From Ruminococcus albus 7 = DSM 20455 (GTDB lineage Bacteria > Bacillota > Clostridia > Oscillospirales > Ruminococcaceae), in the NCBI RefSeq assembly GCF_000179635.2, contig NC_014833.1, forward strand, positions 3,240,001-3,272,000: a stretch of 32,000 nucleotides of DNA, in the 5' to 3' direction. Below, one piece after another: positions 1-7,260 of the stretch. Each line of letters begins with the position of its first letter. Within the stretch, counting starts at the first letter, position 1. Below the pieces are notes generated by a model. It did no database searches, was not told the DNA's origin, and was given only the letters and a program-made list of their open reading frames with translations. Both the position numbers and the translations under genes were made by a program.

Positions 1-91
1 ATCTGATAGTTATGTGAAATCAGAATGTTCATCTAATGTGAACTCATCCAGTTTTTATTTGTAAATATTTTATGAACGTCCAAAAAAGTAT

Positions 92-120
92 TTGCATATC
101 TTGTTGAACTGGAGTATAAT
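92..120 (+). promoter_or_regulatory. Candidate sigma-A promoter for the two-component operon
   Basis: TTGCAT at 92-97, a 17 nt spacer, then TATAAT at 115-120, about 80 nt upstream of the ATG at 203. Confidence 0.5.
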
Positions 121-202
121 TTATTATGGAATGTAATAACTTGTGCGTTTCAAGGAAAATATGTATATAGGGATACTTAATAAGAAAGGACAGTGATAAA
201 AA

Positions 203-877
203 ATGTTCCAGATACTTGTTGTTGAGGACGATGCAAGCCTTCGCCGCCTGATGAGTGCTGCACTGAAGCAGAACGGATACCAGCCATTCACCGCCAGCGA
301 CGGCATTGAAGCCCTTGATATGCTGGAAAAGACCAATATAGATCTGATCATATCGGATATAATGATGCCCAATATGGACGGTTATGAGCTTACACGTCAG
401 CTCAGGAATGCTAATTTTCAGATGCCTATTATAATGGTAACTGCAAAAGAAAGCTTCGAGGATAAAAAGATCGGGTTCGATGCGGGCACTGATGATTATA
501 TGGTCAAGCCCATTGATATCAATGAGATGATACTGCGTGTCGGTGCACTCCTGAAAAGATCGAAGCTCGCAAGCGAGCACACCATGACCGTCGGCAACTG
601 TGTACTTGACTACGATGCACAGACGGTAGCCTTTGACGGTCAGCAGGGTGAAACTATACCACAGATGGAGTTTAAGCTGCTTTTCAAGCTGCTGTCATAC
701 CCAAACAAGATATTCACCCGCAGGCAGCTGCTGGACGAGCTTTGGGGCATGGATAAGGACGTTGACGAAAGAACGGTAGATGTTCACATCAAACGTCTGC
801 GTGAACGCTACGGCAGTGCTGAAGCGTTCTCCATAGTAACAGTCAGAGGACTGGGATATAAGGCGGTAAAACAGTGA
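203..877 (+). CDS. OmpR/PhoB-family response regulator (receiver domain plus winged-helix DNA-binding domain)
   Basis: The N-terminus ILVVEDD...DLIISDIMMPNMDG...VTAK is a classic receiver domain. The C-terminus FKLLFKLLSYPNKIFTRRQLLDELWG...RTVDVHIKRLRERY...VRGLGYK is the OmpR trans_reg_C signature. The stop overlaps the start of the downstream kinase. Confidence 0.92.
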   Translation: MFQILVVEDDASLRRLMSAALKQNGYQPFTASDGIEALDMLEKTNIDLIISDIMMPNMDGYELTRQLRNANFQMPIIMVTAKESFEDKKIGFDAGTDDYMVKPIDINEMILRVGALLKRSKLASEHTMTVGNCVLDYDAQTVAFDGQQGETIPQMEFKLLFKLLSYPNKIFTRRQLLDELWGMDKDVDERTVDVHIKRLRERYGSAEAFSIVTVRGLGYKAVKQ

Positions 878-2244
878 AAAAAGCAACAAAGAATACCCCG
901 CCCCTTTCGTTAAAGCCTGTCAGACATCCGCCCAAGCAGCGCATGACCATGCAGTTCAAGCTGGCTATGATGTTCTTTATAGTAATGTTCATATCCGCCA
1001 GCATCTCCGTGAGTGTACTGCTGCTGATATTCAGCCCTGTGATGAAAGAGAACGCTGTCACTCAGATGTCTGCCTTTGCAGCATCCGCCAAGGAACTGCA
1101 GAATGATAAGAATTATGATTTTGAGCGGATAGTTTTTCTGCTGAACAATTCTTCTTATGATATCACTGTCCTTAAAGACGATGACAAGGAATTGCTGGCT
1201 AACAAGGAAGAGATCGACTCTACGGGATACTATATAAACACTGAGGGCATAATACCCAGTGCAATCATGATAACCAAGATAAAAGACAGATACGTCCGCG
1301 TGAATACTTTCAACAGCGAAAATATTTTCTGGATAGTCAATCTCGTGACTATCGTGGCGTTCATGTCCAGTATAATGCTCGGTACGATAATCACTACTTT
1401 CGTGGGCCGTACCATGCTGCAGCCCATACATGATCTGAGTATGGCGACCTCAGAAGTCGCAAGGGGCAACTTCTCTGTAAGGGTCCGTGAGAACGGTTCG
1501 GATGAGTACGGTACTCTCCAGCGCAACTTCAACAAAATGGCACAGGAACTTTCGGGTATCGAGACCCTTCGCGGTGACTTCATATCCAACGTATCCCACG
1601 AATTCAAAACTCCCCTTGCTTCCATACAGGGCTTTGCAAAGCTTTTGCAGAACCCCACTCTCAGCATGGAGGAAAGAGACGAGTATACACAGATAATCAT
1701 TGATGAAACTTCCAGACTTTCAAAGCTTTCATCGAACATACTCAATCTTACAAAGCTGGAAAACCAGACAACTATCGGCAAGAAGAAGCGTTTCCACATA
1801 GATGAGCAGATACGAAAGATCATACTTATGCTTGAACCCGAATGGTCAAAAAAGGATATTGATATGGATATCGACCTTGAAGATATCATATACGTCGGCA
1901 ACGAAGACCTTATGGGGCAGATATGGCAGAACATTATAAACAACGCAATAAAGTTCACACCGCAGGAAGGACAGATCAAAGTAACACTGTTCCGCGGAGA
2001 GATGGGTGTAGTTACCAAAATATGGGATAACGGTCCACAGATACCCGCAGATAAAAAAGACAAGATCTTTGAGAAATTCTATCAGGGTGACCGTTCAAGC
2101 GCCACCGAGGGCAACGGACTTGGTCTTGCGCTGGTAAAGAGGATCGTCGATCTTGCTGACGGAAAGATATCCGTTGACAACCCCTTTGAAGGCGGTGTGG
2201 TATTCACTGTGGAACTTCCCTATCAGATAGAGGATATGATGTAA
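874..2244 (+). CDS. Sensor histidine kinase (2 TM segments, HAMP, HisKA, HATPase_c)
   Basis: The GTG start overlaps the regulator stop (GTGA). There are two hydrophobic segments. HAMP-like region MLQPIHDLSMATSEVARGNF, H-box FISNVSHEFKTPL, N-box NNAIKFT, G-boxes DNGPQIP and GNGLGLALV. Confidence 0.92.
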   Translation: MKKATKNTPPLSLKPVRHPPKQRMTMQFKLAMMFFIVMFISASISVSVLLLIFSPVMKENAVTQMSAFAASAKELQNDKNYDFERIVFLLNNSSYDITVLKDDDKELLANKEEIDSTGYYINTEGIIPSAIMITKIKDRYVRVNTFNSENIFWIVNLVTIVAFMSSIMLGTIITTFVGRTMLQPIHDLSMATSEVARGNFSVRVRENGSDEYGTLQRNFNKMAQELSGIETLRGDFISNVSHEFKTPLASIQGFAKLLQNPTLSMEERDEYTQIIIDETSRLSKLSSNILNLTKLENQTTIGKKKRFHIDEQIRKIILMLEPEWSKKDIDMDIDLEDIIYVGNEDLMGQIWQNIINNAIKFTPQEGQIKVTLFRGEMGVVTKIWDNGPQIPADKKDKIFEKFYQGDRSSATEGNGLGLALVKRIVDLADGKISVDNPFEGGVVFTVELPYQIEDMM

Positions 2245-2889
2245 ATGGAGCGAAGGATCAAGCCTGGTAAAATTATATTTCTCACTCTGCTGACTATTGT
2301 CGTCGGTGTGCTTGCCTACAGATTCATAGAGGGCAGAGGAGTCCGAAGAGGTATAAAAGGTCTCAGCGAACCTGTTCAGACAGAAGCCGAGGGTTCAGCC
2401 AAGAAGTTCGTCAACGGCTACGAAGCTGATATCACCTTCAAGGCAGAGTATGAGATCGAAGCGCTGGTAGTGCATACGAAACGCTACGATTCCAATGTCA
2501 GCGGAGCTCTGGCACCTGTTGACCTTGCACTCGCATGGGGCAAAACAGCTGAGTATAACGACAGGATAAACTTCCACTGGTCACAGTCGGGCAGGTGGTA
2601 CTCATGGCACGTGAATGATCTCGATGAGCTTATACCCGTGGGCGATGTGGAAAATGTTGAGAAAAGTTCATCCAACAACCATATCATTCCGGCCGATAAC
2701 AATGTAAAAAATACTGTTCTTAAAATACGCCGCGGCGACAGGGTAAAGCTGAAAGGCTACCTTGTGGATGTCGATGCATCCGACAGCAGCGGAAATACCT
2801 TCACCTGGAACAGCAGCACCACCCGTACAGATACCGGCGACGGTTCTTGCGAGCTGATATATGTTACCGAGGCACAAATAGTTAAATGA
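2245..2889 (+). CDS. Hypothetical N-terminally membrane-anchored protein, translationally coupled to the kinase
   Basis: The ATG directly abuts the kinase TAA (2242-2244). There is one N-terminal TM segment (IIFLTLLTIVVGVLAY) followed by a soluble domain of about 180 aa. I recognise no family. Confidence 0.6.
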   Translation: MERRIKPGKIIFLTLLTIVVGVLAYRFIEGRGVRRGIKGLSEPVQTEAEGSAKKFVNGYEADITFKAEYEIEALVVHTKRYDSNVSGALAPVDLALAWGKTAEYNDRINFHWSQSGRWYSWHVNDLDELIPVGDVENVEKSSSNNHIIPADNNVKNTVLKIRRGDRVKLKGYLVDVDASDSSGNTFTWNSSTTRTDTGDGSCELIYVTEAQIVK

Positions 2890-3003
2890 CCTTAAAGCTG
2901 ATGCTATAAGCAAAGGACATAAATATTCTCACGCAGATATTCGTCCTTTACTGTAAATGCATCAGCTTTTTTCCGAAATATCAGGTTAGTAATGACTAAC
3001 GTC

Positions 3004-3032
3004 TTGAAAAATATGCAGAATCATGTTATAAT
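3004..3032 (+). promoter_or_regulatory. Candidate sigma-A promoter (extended -10) for the XRE regulator
   Basis: TTGAAA at 3004-3009, a 17 nt spacer, then TGtTATAAT with TATAAT at 3027-3032. Confidence 0.55.
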
Positions 3033-3070
3033 ACCTCTAATAGTATTTCTATCTGAAAGGAAGTTTGGAA

Positions 3071-3478
3071 ATGAATATCGGAGATAAACTGTTATTCCTC
3101 AGGAACCGCGTGGGCTGCTCGCAGGAGACCCTCGCAGATGCCCTTGATGTCAGCAGGCAGACAGTATCAAAATGGGAGCTTGGACAATCACTGCCCGATG
3201 CTGAAAAGATAGTTGCAATAAGCAACTACTTCAACGTCACTACGGATTTTCTGCTTCGCGATACTTCTCCCGTCAAGATCGAAAAAAATCTTGACCGCAT
3301 AGTGATCGAGTTTGCAAACTCAGCTGCCGACCTCGACCAGATATCACGTGCGCTGGTAGATATCGCACGCGACGGTATCATCGACGAGGAAGAACGTCTG
3401 AGGCTTTTTGAAATGGTAAAGACTGTTGATAACATAATCCCCGCCATCAGCGAGATCAAAACTCTGCTGAATATGTAA
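3071..3478 (+). CDS. XRE-family helix-turn-helix transcriptional regulator
   Basis: HTH_3 signature: LRNRVGCSQETLADALDVSRQTVSKWELGQSLPDAEKIVAISNYFNVTTDFLL. The ATG at 3071 lies 7 nt after GAAAGGAAG. The track start at 3065 is a TTG sitting next to the RBS, so I prefer 3071. Confidence 0.82.
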   Translation: MNIGDKLLFLRNRVGCSQETLADALDVSRQTVSKWELGQSLPDAEKIVAISNYFNVTTDFLLRDTSPVKIEKNLDRIVIEFANSAADLDQISRALVDIARDGIIDEEERLRLFEMVKTVDNIIPAISEIKTLLNM

Positions 3479-3499
3479 TGATATTATAACGTTCTATCG

Positions 3500-3534
3500 G
3501 ACACTTCTGCTGTTTTGCAGAGGTGTCTTTTTTT
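3500..3534 (+). terminator. Rho-independent terminator after the XRE gene
   Basis: Stem GACACTTCTGC / GCAGAGGTGTC (one G-U pair), a 6 nt loop, then TTTTTTT at 3528-3534. Confidence 0.7.
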
Positions 3535-3717
3535 GCTTTACAGCCTTTTAATGGGATAAAAAAATCAGCGGCGGTATTCTTCTCCCTCCGCACGCATAAA
3601 TAAATGTACCGCTTCATGCAGTCGCATCAAGTGGTATGCTAACGGGATAGCCATGTTATAAAATGATGTAAGATATCCATATCATCTGAATGTACAAAAT
3701 GCCGAATCGTAAATTGC

Positions 3718-3759
3718 AGAACAAATGTTCTTGACATATACGAACATTTGTGCTATAAT
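3718..3759 (+). promoter_or_regulatory. Sigma-A promoter overlapped by two LexA (Cheo-type) boxes
   Basis: TTGACA at 3731-3736, a 17 nt spacer, then TGcTATAAT with TATAAT at 3754-3759. Box 1, AGAACAAATGTTCT (3718-3731), is a perfect GAAC-N4-GTTC. Box 2, CGAACATTTGTGCT (3741-3754), is GAAC-N4-GTGC, one arm mismatch. Confidence 0.6.
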
Positions 3760-3872
3760 GTATTCACAGCCCTGACAAGAATAAAATATATGCATCCGTC
3801 GATATGCCCGCGCCGAATCGCCCCGTCGGTTAAATGCATATCATACAGATGCGTGATCGCAGGAGGGAGAAA

Positions 3873-4379
3873 ATGAACAGAAATACCAACAAAAAGGATG
3901 TCCTTGATTCACTGGACATATACACCTATATTGCCGAGCTTATAAACATACCCCTTGGTGATGCTACCAGGATGAACGGTCATACCCATAATGACAGTAT
4001 AGCAAGCACACGCTCCAAAGAGTTCTCGCTTTACCGTTCACTGTGCAGGAATGAAGCCTGTGTAAGGCAGCATCTTATGGATCTGCTGGTGCGCACCGCC
4101 AGGGCAGAAAAGAAAAACGCTCCGTATCTGCCCCTTTTGCGTGCCGAGATACGCGATGATACCGTAAGGCTCGCTGACCTCACCATGCGCCGCAAAAGGC
4201 TGGAGGACAGACGTGACAGCCTAAAAGGCATAGCGAAGCTGGCTGTACAGTACCGCTATTTTGAAGACCTTGACCGCCGCATACCCAAATGGAGCGAAAC
4301 TGCCGCAGTGCTTGGTATAGCCCTGAGCGGTGAAGAGCTCCGCAAATACGTATGCAGTCAGTTCCGCGATATGAAATGA
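3873..4379 (+). CDS. Hypothetical Arg-rich protein (169 aa) with a possible C-terminal HTH; putative SOS-regulated
   Basis: The ATG at 3873 is preceded by AGGAGGGAG (3861-3869). The track start at 3834 has no RBS. The C-terminal segment YRYFEDLDRRIPKWSETAAVLGIALSGEELRKYV resembles region-4-like HTHs of small phage-type activators (ArpU/DUF1492-like). That resemblance is not verified. Confidence 0.6.
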   Translation: MNRNTNKKDVLDSLDIYTYIAELINIPLGDATRMNGHTHNDSIASTRSKEFSLYRSLCRNEACVRQHLMDLLVRTARAEKKNAPYLPLLRAEIRDDTVRLADLTMRRKRLEDRRDSLKGIAKLAVQYRYFEDLDRRIPKWSETAAVLGIALSGEELRKYVCSQFRDMK

Positions 4380-4395
4380 TGTATACGCAAAAACA

Positions 4396-4425
4396 GGCGG
4401 CACGCAATACTCTGTGCGTGCCGCC
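4396..4425. terminator. Hairpin between convergent genes (possible bidirectional terminator)
   Basis: An 11 bp perfect stem GGCGGCACGCA / TGCGTGCCGCC with an 8 nt loop. The flanking A/T runs are weak. Confidence 0.45.
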
Positions 4426-4450
4426 CTTATATCTGTCATATTCCGTTATA

Positions 4451-5551
4451 TTACTGCATATCTGTATTGCGGTTTTTAAGCAGCTTCTGCCTTTTGCGCT
4501 CATGCATATCCATGTATACCTTCTCGGCAAAGTCAACTATCTTCTTCATTATGGGTCTGAATGTATAGAAGTACTCACCCGCATAGGTAACAACTTCACC
4601 GTTAAAGCCCTTCTTGAACTTGTATACACCGTAGTTGGGGTTGGTTTCGTCCTTGTAGAAAGGTATGCCCATGAAGTCGTAGATATCGCAGTTGCCCTCA
4701 AGCGCCCAGTTTATCATAGTCCACTGCATCAGATAGTTGGGGTAGAGGTTTCTGTGGTGGTTTGCGGATGCACCGTATACATAACAGGTCTTGCCGGCAT
4801 ACTGTGTAGTAACCGCACCCGAAAGAGGTATCTTCTTACCGTCCTCATCTACATAGCACATAAACAGGTGGCAGTGGTCTTTTCCAAGACCCTCTATGAA
4901 CTTTACAAAGTAATCCTTGCCTCTTATGGAGAAGCCGTCGCGGATACCCGTAGCTTCCATCATAGGGTAGAAATCATCCAGCGCCTCAGTGCCGCATATC
5001 TCGCAGTAAACACCCTTTTTAGGACCTTTTCTGATACGGTTTCTCCAGTCGGGCTTGAACGACTGCATTACCTCATCGGCGGTCTTGCCCTTTATATCGC
5101 GGAGCATATAGTTGTTTCTCGCCTGTATGGTAGTCAGCTCGGGAGCATCGTCGATATGAGAGAATCCCATATCCGTTATCAGCTTTGAACGATCCCTCTC
5201 CTTTTCCTCAAAGGGCGGATCCCACATGAACTGATATGCGCGGTACTTCTTCGCCAGTACCTTTATGCCCTCAAACAGATCGGTCATTACTTCCTTATCG
5301 CTCCAGTCGCAGACAGGACCGTGTGGCGCATACAGGAATGTTGTGGGGAAGATCGGTATATTCTTTATTATAACAAGACAAGTACCTCTTATCTTACCGT
5401 CAGCGCCTCGTGATATTACTGCATCCCAGCCCCAGTTATCCTTGACCTTGGGCCATCTCAGCGACTGCATGAAGTTTCCGTACTCGCTGTTCTTCGCAAA
5501 ATTTTCGTACTCTTTAAGCAGTTCTTTGTTTTTCTTATCTATTATTTCCAT
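4451..5551 (-). CDS. FemAB-family peptidoglycan interpeptide-bridge aminoacyltransferase (lipid II:aminoacyl-tRNA transferase)
   Basis: The length of 366 aa and the N-terminal FMQSLRWPKVKDNWGWD...LYAPHGPV are typical of FemX/MurM/FemAB (PF02388-like). Confidence 0.8.
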   Translation of the reverse strand: MEIIDKKNKELLKEYENFAKNSEYGNFMQSLRWPKVKDNWGWDAVISRGADGKIRGTCLVIIKNIPIFPTTFLYAPHGPVCDWSDKEVMTDLFEGIKVLAKKYRAYQFMWDPPFEEKERDRSKLITDMGFSHIDDAPELTTIQARNNYMLRDIKGKTADEVMQSFKPDWRNRIRKGPKKGVYCEICGTEALDDFYPMMEATGIRDGFSIRGKDYFVKFIEGLGKDHCHLFMCYVDEDGKKIPLSGAVTTQYAGKTCYVYGASANHHRNLYPNYLMQWTMINWALEGNCDIYDFMGIPFYKDETNPNYGVYKFKKGFNGEVVTYAGEYFYTFRPIMKKIVDFAEKVYMDMHERKRQKLLKNRNTDMQ

Positions 5552-5605
5552 CTTTTACCTCTCCAAAGCAAAAAATCCTATAATGTGACATATCCTAACC
5601 TATCT

Positions 5606-5634
5606 ATTATACAATAACGTGTCACAAAATTCAA
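5606..5634 (-). promoter_or_regulatory. Candidate sigma-A promoter for the FemAB-family gene
   Basis: Minus strand: TTGAAT (5634-5629), a 17 nt spacer, TATAAT (5611-5606). Confidence 0.45.
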
Positions 5635-5677
5635 TAGTATTTATAGACAAAACCTAACATCGGGTAAAGTATCATTA

Positions 5678-5917
5678 CTATCTATTATGGGCATTTTCGC
5701 CATTTTTATCCACAGGCGGCACAAGACCGTAGCTCTCATAGAAGCTGTCGATATCTTCACTTGTACGAACCAGTTCTTTGTATCTGAGCTCACCTGTTTT
5801 TCTGTCAAAAAAGCCAATGGTCTTTTCACCGGTACAGGTGGAGGTCTGCACCTTTATCTCCAGACCCTCACAGTCCTCGGGGACTTTCTTAGTGACCTTC
5901 TTTTTAAAGATACCCAT
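5678..5917 (-). CDS. Small conserved hypothetical protein (79 aa)
   Basis: The AGGAGGAAGG RBS overlaps the TAG stop of the upstream gene. Coding-like composition. Contains a TSTCTGEKTIGFFD motif of a kind I recall in small clostridial proteins of unknown function. Confidence 0.6.
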   Translation of the reverse strand: MGIFKKKVTKKVPEDCEGLEIKVQTSTCTGEKTIGFFDRKTGELRYKELVRTSEDIDSFYESYGLVPPVDKNGENAHNR

Positions 5918-5926
5918 ACCTTCCTC

Positions 5927-7057
5927 CTAAAAGCACAGTCCGCACAGCATATCACGTACATCGTCATACTGCTGTATATCCTCAAATATCATATCCGTAT
6001 TGTCCGCATCGTACTCAACTTCCTTTGAGAAGTCCTTGACCAGTTCTATGCGGCTTTCTTTATCGGGCAAAGCACCGTTTTCAGCGTACTCCCTGAGGAA
6101 TATCCCCCTTACCGCCAGTGTCATGTACACAGCTGAATACAGCCTTTCCTCCGCAGAAAAATCCCTTGTGCACTTGATGAAGTATCTGTACAAAAAATAT
6201 ACCAGTATATTTTCAAGCTCATACTGAAGATCGGCATACTCCTTGTTAAAGCCCTTTTCGGCACCGAGCATTTTCTCGGCATCAGCGCGGGTCAGCGCAA
6301 ACCTATCCCCGAAGCTGTTCATATACTCCATACGCTCAAATACCGAGAACAGCCGCATCAGCAGTGCAGGCTTATCCTCTGCTTGCGTGAGTGCTTCGTT
6401 TTCCGCCTGTATGGCTATCTCCATTCGGAAACCGTCTATTGCCAGCATACCCGATATCTTTTTGAGCCGCTCGGCATCCTCATCAAGCAGAGCCTCATTT
6501 ATATCCTCAGTGCACCAGCATATCAATGCCAGCCTTTGCAGTATGGTGAAACCTCTGTCCTGTGCGATATCTATCAGCCTGTCTCTTATATTCCTCACTG
6601 CCGTGAATATATCCATATCGAACTCAAGGTCATCGGGTGCTTCATCGGTCTGCTTCTCTGTGAACAGCACAGGACGTTCATGTGTCATGACTATCCTGCT
6701 GACCTCCTCACAGCAAAGCCCCAGCCCTGCCTCCTTGTAGTCACCGAACCATTCGTAGAACCTCGGATGCTCACGGCATATCTCCGATATATGTTCAGCG
6801 CCCATCTCCTGCTGTACACTGCACAGCCCCTCAGCCGAAAGGAACGGACATCCGCCCTCCTGCGACATATAATGTGCGCCGTCTTCCTCATAGATATTCT
6901 CACAAAGCCTTTCGCAGAGTTCTCCGCCGTGTTCGCGGTAGTATCCGAGTGTATCATCATCTATCTCGATGTCCCAGCCCATCTTGCAGCAATTGTCCCT
7001 GCAGCCGCTTCCTGTGCATACAAAATCACAGAAATAGTCAGGATACCTGAGTGTCAT
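5927..7057 (-). CDS. YkgJ/FliB-like Cys-rich (CxxCxxCC-type) protein; flagellin lysine-N-methylase-like
   Basis: The N-terminal Cys cluster is FCDFVCTGSGCRDNCCKMGW...GGCPFL...GLCSVQ...ICREHPR. This resembles the putative Zn/Fe-chelating domain (PF03692-like) of FliB-family proteins. Confidence 0.65.
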   Translation of the reverse strand: MTLRYPDYFCDFVCTGSGCRDNCCKMGWDIEIDDDTLGYYREHGGELCERLCENIYEEDGAHYMSQEGGCPFLSAEGLCSVQQEMGAEHISEICREHPRFYEWFGDYKEAGLGLCCEEVSRIVMTHERPVLFTEKQTDEAPDDLEFDMDIFTAVRNIRDRLIDIAQDRGFTILQRLALICWCTEDINEALLDEDAERLKKISGMLAIDGFRMEIAIQAENEALTQAEDKPALLMRLFSVFERMEYMNSFGDRFALTRADAEKMLGAEKGFNKEYADLQYELENILVYFLYRYFIKCTRDFSAEERLYSAVYMTLAVRGIFLREYAENGALPDKESRIELVKDFSKEVEYDADNTDMIFEDIQQYDDVRDMLCGLCF

Positions 7058-7187
7058 ATCATCACGTCCTTTGTATTCTTCTTCACACCCGAAAAATCAG
7101 GTGCTCCGCTGATTGTGTTATATTTCGTTTTCAGCTAATTATAACAGATTTTCCCGAAAAAGTAAAGCCGCCGCTAAAACATGAACA

Positions 7188-7218
7188 GCGGGCAGCCACA
7201 TTCACTGTGACCGCCCGC
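7188..7218 (-). terminator. Probable terminator downstream of the C11 peptidase gene
   Basis: Imperfect 13 bp stem (11 paired): GCGGGCAGCCACA / TGTGACCGCCCGC with a 5 nt loop. On the minus strand it is followed by a T-containing tract, TGTTCATGTTTT. Confidence 0.45.
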
Positions 7219-7260
7219 GCCTGTCATCATTCTTAAAGTTATGCCCTGTCGGCTATGCTG

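Noticed and set aside
44-580. A 178-aa minus-strand ORF overlapping the start of the response regulator.
   Set aside because: It overlaps the well-supported OmpR-family gene and the AT-rich promoter region, and it has no recognisable motifs.
3065-3070. The track start codons at 3065 (TTG), 3834, 11845, 23754 and 27643 (GTG).
   Set aside because: In each case an in-frame ATG slightly downstream (3071, 3873, 11908, 23856 and 27634) has a properly spaced GGAGG-type RBS, whereas the upstream start has none or abuts the RBS. The extra N-terminal residues also look non-protein-like.
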